From: a virus | Lineage: Duplodnaviria; Caudoviricetes | Virus record (IMG/VR): IMGVR_UViG_3300030104_002283 | Coordinates: 1-57,636 of that record | Length of the DNA: 57,636 bases | Reading direction: 5' to 3' (one strand) | Part shown: piece after piece, positions 27,036-34,622 of the stretch | Position numbering within the stretch: the stretch's first letter is position 1 | How the letters are laid out: each line of letters opens with the position of its first letter | Program-made: the position numbers and the translations under genes | Notes under the pieces: model-generated | The model's input: the letters and a program-made list of their open reading frames with translations, nothing else | Databases searched by the model: none | What the model was told of the DNA's origin: nothing

Positions 27036-29473
27036 TAATCTTCTTTATCTAATAAAGTCTCCGCTATATCTTTGCCTATCTTAGCACCTTCTATGCGTTC
27101 TTTACTAGATATTTTTGCATTATCTGACGCAGCATCATAACCAATCTTAGCACCAGCTATTCGTTCTTGTGATGCTATTCTTTCTTTTTCTATCTCTTCG
27201 TTGGCTTTTGCTTTTTGTAAATCAAGTGCTATTCGTTCTGCATCTGCTTTCATTTTTCTTTGTACTTCAGCTTCTCTAATAGCTAGTTCTTTTTCTCTTT
27301 GTTGTATTACAGGGTCTTCTAGTTTTTCGTTTATTTCTTCTGCTCTTTCTTCTGCTTTACTTCCAGCTAATACTCTTTCTGCAGCTTCAGATACCAGTTC
27401 TGATAAACGCAATTCAATATCTTCTGGTAGCGGTTCATCAGGTGGTGGTAATGGAGCACCAAGTTGTTTTTCAATTTCTTTACGATATTGAAAGGCAATA
27501 TGCTCTGTTACATGGTCTGTAAATGCAGCTAAAATTCTGGAAGCATTTGGACTTTGCCCAATCATTTCTCGCATTTTTGGGTCTTCCATAGCAGACATAT
27601 GAACTTTAATATGTGCTTCATGGTCTTGATAAATAAATGCTTTAACAGGTTTACCATTAAGTAGATTCATATTTTCTGATACAGGGTCTGTTGGTGCTAT
27701 TTCAGTTTCAAGCGGTACAATCTTATCTGCATCTTGAATACCTAGTACATCTAACATTTGTCTGTGTAACTCTTGCATATTATACAGTTCAGGAGCTTGT
27801 GTAGATAACTGTAAAGCTGCTTGATACTGCATAATTTTTTGTGCCTTAGTAGAAGCGTTAGGGTCTGATACAGGTACTACATCTACTCTGCCATCAAAAT
27901 CTTCTTTTAAAAGTTCTTTACCTTTTATTTGATAAGGATATTCTGTTGGACCAAAATCAAATATTATTCTTGATAGTATTCTTAACTCATGCTTCATAGA
28001 ATTGTGTATTCTTGATTGCACTGCACCTATAACTTTTAAAGACCTTTCTAATAAAGCAAGTGTTGTACCTACAGGAGCTTGGCTACTCATGTCAGATACT
28101 TTTAAATCAGCTAGTGAAGCAAATCTTCTACCTTCTTCTACTAAGTTTTGTAACAAAGTATATAAAGTTCCTGATGGTTCTTTGTAAGGTAAGAATGTAA
28201 TATTGTCTTTAATTGCACCACCGGGTACATCAACATCTCTAAACTCACCCGGCATAATAGGAGTATCATCTCCTTTAATTCTTAGTCCTCTGGATTTTAA
28301 ACCGCCCGGTAAATTAGATAATGTACCAGCATCTACTAGCTGTCTTAATAAACTTGTAGCAGATTTAGATATACCGCCTATCAAATGTATTAGTCCAAAT
28401 CCATAAAATCCTAAACCCGGTAAATATTGATAGTGAACATAATGTTCTCTTTTCTTTTTCATAGGGTCATCTTCTAAATAATTCCTACGAATAGCTAAGA
28501 TAACTCCAGATTGTAAATCTAAAGTTACTACATAAGGCAAGGCTATGCCTGTTATTTTACCATCTTTTCTATCTTCAAAACCTTTAATATCAAGCTCTAC
28601 TTGCATTTCAAGTATGGTATGTCTTTGGTCATTTTCGTAACTTTGACTAGAACCTGTAAGTTCGTTGTATTTAGATTGTATATTGTTTAGTTCATCACTA
28701 GGAGCTTGTAGCTCAACATCTCTATAAAATCCTATAACTTGTAGCTTTCTAACATCATTAGTTGCTTTTTTCATTACATGAGTTGCTCTTTCACAAGTGC
28801 TTAAATCAGATGCACCATAGCTAACTACAAAATCTTCAGCAGGAACAAACATACTTGCAGGTCTGCCTAAACTTGGGTCGTAATATATTTTTCTAAATGC
28901 AGAACCAGCTAGTGGTAAATTAAATAATAACTTTTCTGTTTCTGTTCTGTACTCACTCATTTTTTCTGTGAGTAAATAGTTTAGATAATCTTTAACTCTT
29001 TCAGACTGTTGTTGTTTTTCTGCATCTATTTCGCCAACAATCTTTGTATCTACAGGACCTTTAGCTGGAAATATTTCACTTACACATTCAGCTTGAAAAC
29101 GCACTACAGATTCTGTTAATAAAGGGTGAAACACACCACAAGCACCCTGCCAAGGCAGAGTTCTTTCTTCAATTTTTAAACCTAGTTGGTCTAATCCTTT
29201 AGTATATGTATCTTCCCAGTCTTTTCTTGATTCTTTGTCTGCATTGAAATAACTTACAAGTTCACTAGATAGTAGCTGTAGTTCAGCTTCTTCCATAAAC
29301 TCCGCAATATTATCATCAAAGTTTGGTGTGCCTAATTCAGCACCATCATCAAAATCTATAATTAAACCACCATCTTCTGTTGCTATTGCAACTTCATCAG
29401 GGTTAGTTACTAAAACTTCAACAGGAGAATCTTTGTATTTTTTTTCTGGGGTTTGTAATGGTTTTTCTGCCAT
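27035..29473 (-). CDS. Portal protein
   Basis: 812 aa directly after TerL; SR..W...Y..GL, FP..GPV.T, Y.PG.GFYG.GL, LVDAGTLSNLP. Confidence 0.85.
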   Translation of the reverse strand: MAEKPLQTPEKKYKDSPVEVLVTNPDEVAIATEDGGLIIDFDDGAELGTPNFDDNIAEFMEEAELQLLSSELVSYFNADKESRKDWEDTYTKGLDQLGLKIEERTLPWQGACGVFHPLLTESVVRFQAECVSEIFPAKGPVDTKIVGEIDAEKQQQSERVKDYLNYLLTEKMSEYRTETEKLLFNLPLAGSAFRKIYYDPSLGRPASMFVPAEDFVVSYGASDLSTCERATHVMKKATNDVRKLQVIGFYRDVELQAPSDELNNIQSKYNELTGSSQSYENDQRHTILEMQVELDIKGFEDRKDGKITGIALPYVVTLDLQSGVILAIRRNYLEDDPMKKKREHYVHYQYLPGLGFYGFGLIHLIGGISKSATSLLRQLVDAGTLSNLPGGLKSRGLRIKGDDTPIMPGEFRDVDVPGGAIKDNITFLPYKEPSGTLYTLLQNLVEEGRRFASLADLKVSDMSSQAPVGTTLALLERSLKVIGAVQSRIHNSMKHELRILSRIIFDFGPTEYPYQIKGKELLKEDFDGRVDVVPVSDPNASTKAQKIMQYQAALQLSTQAPELYNMQELHRQMLDVLGIQDADKIVPLETEIAPTDPVSENMNLLNGKPVKAFIYQDHEAHIKVHMSAMEDPKMREMIGQSPNASRILAAFTDHVTEHIAFQYRKEIEKQLGAPLPPPDEPLPEDIELRLSELVSEAAERVLAGSKAEERAEEINEKLEDPVIQQREKELAIREAEVQRKMKADAERIALDLQKAKANEEIEKERIASQERIAGAKIGYDAASDNAKISSKERIEGAKIGKDIAETLLDKED

Positions 29474-29481
29474 CTAATCTC

Positions 29482-30969
29482 CTAATAATAATTGGCTTCT
29501 CTAGGCGGTAAATCTTCTTCATCTTCGTCAGAGTGTAGAGGAATAAAACCACCTTGTCTAAATCTTATTAATGCTTGGGTTGATGAGTCAACTAAATCGT
29601 CATGGTCTCCAGACGGAAAAGAAGCAAACTCTTCTATAACTTCTTCTGCAAACTTTCTATCAGGTGCCCAAACAATACCAGATGCAAACAAATCAGCAAC
29701 AGCATTAACCCTTGCTATTTTGTCATTACCACGACTAGGCGTATATTCTGATACGGGTATTCCCATTTGCCTAAGTTCAAAGATTAAAGGCATACCTGCA
29801 GCTTTAGCTTCTACAATAAAAGCTTCTGGTTGCCAACTTTGATACATTTCAAAAGCTTTCTTTTTTAATTCTGGAAACTCTAGTCGTTCTTTATACGCAT
29901 CTAACAAAATTAAATTGGGTTGTGTTACACCTGTATCATCAGGTTGGTAAAACACACCCCATGTTGTACACGCAGAGTAGTCAGAACGCTGTGTCTTTAA
30001 AAAAGCTGTATCCCATGACTGAATAATAAAGTCGCATTGTGGGGGATTATCGTACTCCCACTCACGCCACCATTCTCGTTTTATAATTGCAGACTCTTCT
30101 GCAGTAGGATTTTGTTGGTATTGTGCAGACCACTTAGATAAAGGTAGTTCTGCTCGTAGCTTTTCTAGTTCTTTTATATCCCAAAACTCTTGCCACAAGC
30201 TTTTACCTGATGGCAATATTGCAGGAAACTCTATAACTTTCCAATCATCAACACCTTCTCGTTGTGCTGAAGACTTTAGTATTTGCCCAGTCAGGTCCCG
30301 TTTGTGCCATCTTGTCATAACAATAATAATCGCACCACCGGGCTGCAGACGCTGACGGGGACCAGATGTATAGTATTCATACACCTTGTCAAACACAGAG
30401 GGGTCATTACTTTGTCCCTCTTGTTCTGAATGTGGGTCATCTATGATAAGCAAGTCTGCACCTTTACCGGTTACAGCACCGCCTACACCAATCGCAAAGT
30501 ACTCTCCGCCTTTGTTTGTATTCCAACGACCAGCAGCTTTACTGTCAGCTTGTAAACCCACACCATCAAAAACTTTTTTAAAATCTGCAGAACCAACAAG
30601 GTTTCTAACCTTACGACCAAAACCCACAGCAAGTTCTGCAGTGTGAGCCACTTGGATTATCTTCTTTTCTGGAAAGCAGCCTAAAAACCAAGCGGGTAAT
30701 AGATAAGAAGCAAACTCTGATTTAGTATGTCTAGGGGGCATATTTATAATCAATCGTTTTAACTTGCCATTTTTAACATCATTGAAAGCATCAGACATAA
30801 TCTTATGATGATAACCCTCAATAAAGGCAGCCCACATTTCTTTAACAAAAGAAAGAAAGTTATCAGAACAATCCTCTCTGCGTTTAGCAGATTCATATTG
30901 GGACAAAAGTTCTAATAGGTCTTTCTGTTGTTCGGGGGGAAGTTTGTTTATCTTATCAATATCAAACAT
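29482..30969 (-). CDS. terL: Terminase large subunit
   Basis: INMPPRHTKSE, IIDDP, MTRW...DL.G, SWDTA....DYSA, FP.G.HDDLVD. Confidence 0.95.
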   Translation of the reverse strand: MFDIDKINKLPPEQQKDLLELLSQYESAKRREDCSDNFLSFVKEMWAAFIEGYHHKIMSDAFNDVKNGKLKRLIINMPPRHTKSEFASYLLPAWFLGCFPEKKIIQVAHTAELAVGFGRKVRNLVGSADFKKVFDGVGLQADSKAAGRWNTNKGGEYFAIGVGGAVTGKGADLLIIDDPHSEQEGQSNDPSVFDKVYEYYTSGPRQRLQPGGAIIIVMTRWHKRDLTGQILKSSAQREGVDDWKVIEFPAILPSGKSLWQEFWDIKELEKLRAELPLSKWSAQYQQNPTAEESAIIKREWWREWEYDNPPQCDFIIQSWDTAFLKTQRSDYSACTTWGVFYQPDDTGVTQPNLILLDAYKERLEFPELKKKAFEMYQSWQPEAFIVEAKAAGMPLIFELRQMGIPVSEYTPSRGNDKIARVNAVADLFASGIVWAPDRKFAEEVIEEFASFPSGDHDDLVDSSTQALIRFRQGGFIPLHSDEDEEDLPPREANYY

Positions 30970-31060
30970 AGTTTGCGGTACCTTTAAGTTCTACTGGAGT
31001 AAGTAAATAGTAGAGGAGTAAATTATGAATAACTAAGTATAAAGATACCGCAAAACTTTC

Positions 31061-31134
31061 TAGTATATTACTAGTTCTAGTAATAATACTATATAAACTA
31101 AAATCTAGTGTATTACTCTCTAGTAAATCACTAG
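31061..31134. repeat. Two adjacent inverted repeats upstream of terL
   Basis: TAGTATATTACTAG-TT-CTAGTAATA(A)TACTA (31061-91) and CTAGTGTATTACT-CTCT-AGTAAATCACTAG (31105-34). Confidence 0.65.
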
Positions 31135-31163
31135 GGGCAATATACCCTATTATGAACATGGTT

Positions 31164-31418
31164 TCATATCTTCACAGATTCGTCAATAGTTTTTTCAACT
31201 TTTTTAAAAGGACTGTTTCTAGTGCTCATCACTGTACGCCATCTATTAGGTTGCATAGTAACCCAACCACCATCTTTAAGTCTATGTATCATAGCGTGTA
31301 TAGTGCTCTTAGAAGATAAACCTAATGCGTCAGCTAAAGCATCAAGACTAGGACCGCAGCCAAACTCTTCCCAGTATTCTTCTATGGTTTCTAAAAGTTT
31401 TAATTGTTTACTTGTCAT
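31164..31418 (-). CDS. LexA-like DNA-binding domain protein (no protease domain)
   Basis: MT.KQ..LL..I.......G..PS...LA..LGL.SKST.H.....L...G. Confidence 0.8.
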   Translation of the reverse strand: MTSKQLKLLETIEEYWEEFGCGPSLDALADALGLSSKSTIHAMIHRLKDGGWVTMQPNRWRTVMSTRNSPFKKVEKTIDESVKI

Positions 31419-31587
31419 AATATATATCCCCCCCCTGTATGGGACCCTAGAACATTATACGAACATTCCTATAAAAACGCAATATGTAAGTTAGTCAGAA
31501 ATAAAAAAGGGGTACCCCCCTATGAAAATTATGAAATTATATGTACAAAATAGTATGTACCCTAGACACACAAAAATTTTTATATGC

Positions 31588-31608
31588 GGGGGGTGGGGAG
31601 GGGTGGGG
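31588..31608 (+). other. Potential G-quadruplex
   Basis: GGGGGG-T-GGGG-A-GGGG-T-GGGG in an AT-rich intergenic region. Confidence 0.55.
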
Positions 31609-31648
31609 TTAATCCATATGGAAAAAGGGTTTTGCTGATAGTGAGTAC

Positions 31649-32119
31649 TTACTTGTTAAACATTGATTGTATCTTCTGTTCTAACTCTAACCTTATCTCA
31701 TCTGATGATTTATTGCTTGTGGTTGTTTCTAGTCTTTCAGTGAACAGTGCCACCTCTGACACTTTGCCTAGCAGTTCCAATGCCCTTATCCTAGATGCTT
31801 CGTTGTTCTCTGTATTCAATGCTTCTTTCTGTAGCTGTTCCAACACCATCTGTCTAAGAGATAGCCCTGTAGTGGAAGCATACTCACTCTTACGCCTTAA
31901 TCCTTGCTTTACCCTTTGGGATACCTTGGGGCTACTCATAAGCTTAGATGCTTCTGTCCATATGCTACTATCTTTCATATTCTCTGTGCTGTATGCGTTG
32001 CGATAACTCTCACTTGCTGTCATACCTGATAAGACCCCTTGAACAAATTTTTCTTGCTTGGGAGTAAGCCCTGATATGTTAGTTATATTATCCTTGTTAT
32101 TCTTGTCTTTATTGCTCAT
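31649..32119 (-). CDS. terS: Terminase small subunit
   Basis: LTPKQEKF......G...SE.YR.AY, EAS.L...PKV..R, RIRALELLGK. Confidence 0.82.
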   Translation of the reverse strand: MSNKDKNNKDNITNISGLTPKQEKFVQGVLSGMTASESYRNAYSTENMKDSSIWTEASKLMSSPKVSQRVKQGLRRKSEYASTTGLSLRQMVLEQLQKEALNTENNEASRIRALELLGKVSEVALFTERLETTTSNKSSDEIRLELEQKIQSMFNK

Positions 32120-32255
32120 ATCTATGTATTAATCTATTAATATTTAAAATTATTTTGATAGTGCTTACTATCACTGCAGTCCTATTATACGCTTACTTCG
32201 TAAGCAACAACAACTATGTTAACGAACATTTGTAGTAAATAATTACACTTTTTTA

Positions 32256-32284
32256 TTGACACGATACCCCACATAAACTAACAT
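32256..32284 (+). promoter_or_regulatory. Sigma70-type early promoter
   Basis: TTGACA (32256-61), 17-nt spacer, TAACAT (32279-84) at the strand divergence point. Confidence 0.75.
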
Positions 32285-32286
32285 AC

Positions 32287-32730
32287 GCAGTGTTGAGGGA
32301 TTGATGAGACCCAAAAAAGCGAAGAAAAAGTAGCTAACTCCCCTTTCCAAGACACCCATAACGAGACATCTAGTTCTCCTTGAAGTTGGGCTTCGCAACG
32401 AAGCAAAACGATTTGGGTTGCCTAGAGCAACACAAGGTATCGGGGAGACAAACAGAACGGGCTAAACTGGAAATGCCTATCGTGAAAAATCCGAGCATCA
32501 AGCTTTTGTGCGTTTATCCAGTATCCCGACAGTGTTGCCTTTGATGGTTCAATACCGATTTTGCGGAGAATGTAGCGGTTCTACCCTTGATTGAGTTTTT
32601 AAAACTGGCTTAGTGTCCTACTGAACATGGAACGGGGTGTAGCAGTAAAAGTGCTAATTCTGATGGTGTAGCAAAGTCTTTCTCTAGGGGCTAAAAGGTG
32701 TTGTGTGTAGTCAGAAAATCCCATGCTGTT
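32287..32730 (+). ncRNA. Large structured non-coding RNA candidate
   Basis: No ORF of 60 aa or more, GC-enriched, begins just after the promoter, with many nested complementary segments including 5'/3' end pairing GGGATT/AATCCC. Confidence 0.65.
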
Positions 32731-32769
32731 GTGAGTTTTTTGCTTATGTATTAACGATTTAATATTTGA

Positions 32770-32825
32770 TTATGTCCTTGAATTAACAAGCTGAACGAGT
32801 ATCCGCAAGGGTACAAGAAACATAA
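32770..32825 (+). ncRNA. Hammerhead ribozyme 1 (type III, variant core)
   Basis: TTATGT-C / CTTG-aattaa-CAAG / CTGAACGA / GTATCC-gcaa-GGGTAC / aa-GAA-ACATAA; predicted cut after GUC (32776). Confidence 0.75.
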
Positions 32826-32835
32826 CGGAGAAAAT

Positions 32836-33234
32836 ATGAGTTTTAATACAGCATACATAACAACATCAAGACATGGTACAAAAGATTATACGAATGGGCT
32901 TGATGAGATAGTAATTTCAAAAGAGATAGATTGGAACGATGACAATAGAAAAGATGAATTGGTATTTGGGAAATACTATGCTACTAAAGAAGAAGATAAG
33001 AATAATAAAAATCTTTATAAATTAGAGTATAGAAGTCAATTTGGCTTTGTTTTAAAGCCATATAACGAACATAGACCAAATTTAATTGGGGCTATGAATA
33101 ATGGAGTAATTGCTGAAGTACCATTTGATATTTGTAAACAATTAAAAGCATTTGTTGGTTATCCAATATCTAAATATATGCCTGTTCACGATAGATATGA
33201 AACGCAAAAACAGTACGATATGAATTTCAGATAA
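32836..33234 (+). CDS. Early hypothetical protein
   Basis: RBS GGAG at 32827; C-terminal P.HDRYET..QY. Confidence 0.75.
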   Translation: MSFNTAYITTSRHGTKDYTNGLDEIVISKEIDWNDDNRKDELVFGKYYATKEEDKNNKNLYKLEYRSQFGFVLKPYNEHRPNLIGAMNNGVIAEVPFDICKQLKAFVGYPISKYMPVHDRYETQKQYDMNFR

Positions 33235-33296
33235 ACCTATTGATAAGCAACACAGAAAGGTGGCGAAAACAAGGGCTGTATGTCCTTGTTCTAGGT
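33235..33296 (+). ncRNA. Hammerhead ribozyme 2 (type I, U3-A8 core)
   Basis: ACCTA / TTGATAA / GC-aa-CAC-agaaag-GTG-GC / GAA / AACAAGGGC-tgtat-GTCCTTGTT / C / TAGGT; cut after UUC (33291). Confidence 0.85.
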
Positions 33297-33324
33297 AATT
33301 ATATTAATTTTTATAGGAGTAAAT

Positions 33325-33513
33325 ATGAGTGAATTTAATCAAGTAAAATACTTAAAGAAATGTTTGAAAGAAGCAAGAGGAAAATTAGCATATGCAGTTA
33401 TGGAAGATATGTCTGATTTTATAATCAAAAGCTGTGAAGATTCTTGTAAAGCAATTGCTGAAGCATTAGAAGATGCTAAATTTTTAGAAAGTAGAAAAGC
33501 GGATTTTGAATAA
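33325..33513 (+). CDS. Early hypothetical protein
   Basis: RBS AGGAG; lies between two hammerheads. Confidence 0.7.
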   Translation: MSEFNQVKYLKKCLKEARGKLAYAVMEDMSDFIIKSCEDSCKAIAEALEDAKFLESRKADFE

Positions 33514-33526
33514 TATCAAGATTTAA

Positions 33527-33587
33527 ACCTATTGATAAGCAACACAGAAAGGTGGCGAAAAAGCGGACACTTGTTCGCTTTCTAGGT
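33527..33587 (+). ncRNA. Hammerhead ribozyme 3 (type I, U3-A8 core)
   Basis: Same 38-nt 5' half as ribozyme 2 but a different, still paired stem III (AAAGCGGAC-actt-GTTCGCTTT); cut after UUC (33582). Confidence 0.85.
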
Positions 33588-33607
33588 AAATTTTTAAAGG
33601 AGTAAAA

Positions 33608-33790
33608 ATGAAAGCAAATATTTATAAAATTAAATCAAAACAATTTAAGGTTTTTAATGGTATGACCATCAAGGCTTTAAATCCAGCAGAAGCGAAACAA
33701 GAGTTTAAAAATCTTGTTCAGCTTGAAACTAACGAGGTTGTGAAAAGCAATCAATTTAAAATTACGCTGAAATATGCGGGGGTAAATTAA
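33608..33790 (+). CDS. Early hypothetical protein
   Basis: RBS AAGGAG. Confidence 0.7.
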   Translation: MKANIYKIKSKQFKVFNGMTIKALNPAEAKQEFKNLVQLETNEVVKSNQFKITLKYAGVN

Positions 33791-33792
33791 AT

Positions 33793-34095
33793 ATGAAACA
33801 AAGTATAAATGAATATCAATTTAGAGATGCCTTTCATAAGATGGGTAGAGGAGAACAATTTTCATATGATGGGCTTAAAGCTTTATATGATTATTTAGAA
33901 CAGCTAGGAGATAACACGGGCGAAGAAATAGAACTAGATGTTATCGCCTTATGTTGTGAGTATGCCGAATATCAATGTCTTGAGGACTTTCAAAAAGATT
34001 ATGGGAAACGACATTACAAATCTATTGAAGATATAGAAGAACGAACAACAGTTATACAATGTGGTTTGGTCGGATTTATCATTCAACAATTTTAA
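33793..34095 (+). CDS. Early hypothetical protein
   Basis: F...F....R..QFSY.GL.AL.DYLE, ELDVIALCC.Y. Confidence 0.75.
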   Translation: MKQSINEYQFRDAFHKMGRGEQFSYDGLKALYDYLEQLGDNTGEEIELDVIALCCEYAEYQCLEDFQKDYGKRHYKSIEDIEERTTVIQCGLVGFIIQQF

Positions 34096-34112
34096 TTAAA
34101 TAAGGAGTAAGT

Positions 34113-34307
34113 ATGGAAAAGAGAATAATTGTAAGACCTGAAAATGTATATGGAAGAACTTTGTATTATCCAGTTTGTGATATTTCAAAAATGTTCTTGA
34201 AGATACAAGGCGGTAAGACATTATCATTCGATACTATCAGCGTTTTAGCAGATGCTGATTTTAATATCGAAGTGGAAGCGATAATGCCAAAACTTCATAA
34301 TAATTAA
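34113..34307 (+). CDS. Early hypothetical protein
   Basis: RBS TAAGGAG; NVYG....YP.C...K.F....G.KTL. Confidence 0.7.
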   Translation: MEKRIIVRPENVYGRTLYYPVCDISKMFLKIQGGKTLSFDTISVLADADFNIEVEAIMPKLHNN

Positions 34308-34308
34308 T

Positions 34309-34367
34309 AAAGCGGGGGGCTATGGTTTATCCGTAAGCTTTCATATTGGCTGTAGCCCCTTTGCTTT
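34309..34367 (+). other. Long GU-rich hairpin (terminator or RNase III-type site)
   Basis: AAAGCGGGGGGCTATGG pairs with CTGTAGCCCCTTTGCTTT. Confidence 0.5.
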
Positions 34368-34391
34368 CCTGATAGTAAGTACTTACTTTTA

Positions 34392-34446
34392 ATACTGTCC
34401 TACAATATTGGTAATTGTAGCTGAATGAGATACCACGAAACAGTAT
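34392..34446 (+). ncRNA. Hammerhead ribozyme 4 (type III, minimal stem II, loop-loop pseudoknot)
   Basis: ATACTGT-C / CTACAAT-attggta-ATTGTAG / CTGAATGA / G-atacca-C / GAA-ACAGTAT; loop I TGGTA complementary to loop II TACCA; cut after GUC (34399). Confidence 0.85.
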
Positions 34447-34485
34447 ATTGTTTAGAAATATTAATTTGTTTCTATTGGAGTAATT

Positions 34486-34608
34486 ATGAAATTATTTAAT
34501 GATTTCAAAAAATTTCTTTCTGACATGAGAGGGTTAGAAAGATTTAACTGGTATGTATTGAAGCCTTTGGCTTTAATATTTGTATTAATAGCTTTTAGCA
34601 TTTTTTAG
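34486..34608 (+). CDS. 40-aa membrane peptide (not in ORF track)
   Basis: RBS GGAG; MKLFNDFKKFLSDMRGLERFNWYVLKPLALIFVLIAFSIF. Confidence 0.6.
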   Translation: MKLFNDFKKFLSDMRGLERFNWYVLKPLALIFVLIAFSIF

Positions 34609-34622
34609 GAGTAAGTAAAAAT

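Noticed and set aside
30962-31159. 65-aa minus-strand ORF upstream of terL
   Set aside because: Low-complexity inverted-repeat region with atypical composition; more likely regulatory
31584-32006. 140-aa plus-strand ORF
   Set aside because: Antisense to terS and starts in the G-tract
32300-32330. TTGATGAG...GAAG as a fifth hammerhead
   Set aside because: No stem II, no GAAA in register and no stem III/cleavage triplet could be built
32287-32730. tRNA, tmRNA, RNase P or self-splicing intron identity for the large RNA
   Set aside because: No cloverleaf/T-loop-CCA end, tag reading frame, P4 consensus or intron boundary motifs were recognisable by eye
33232-33587. 38-nt direct repeat as a CRISPR array or att site
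   Set aside because: Only two copies about 290 nt apart, no cas or integrase gene, and the repeat is explained by the hammerhead fold
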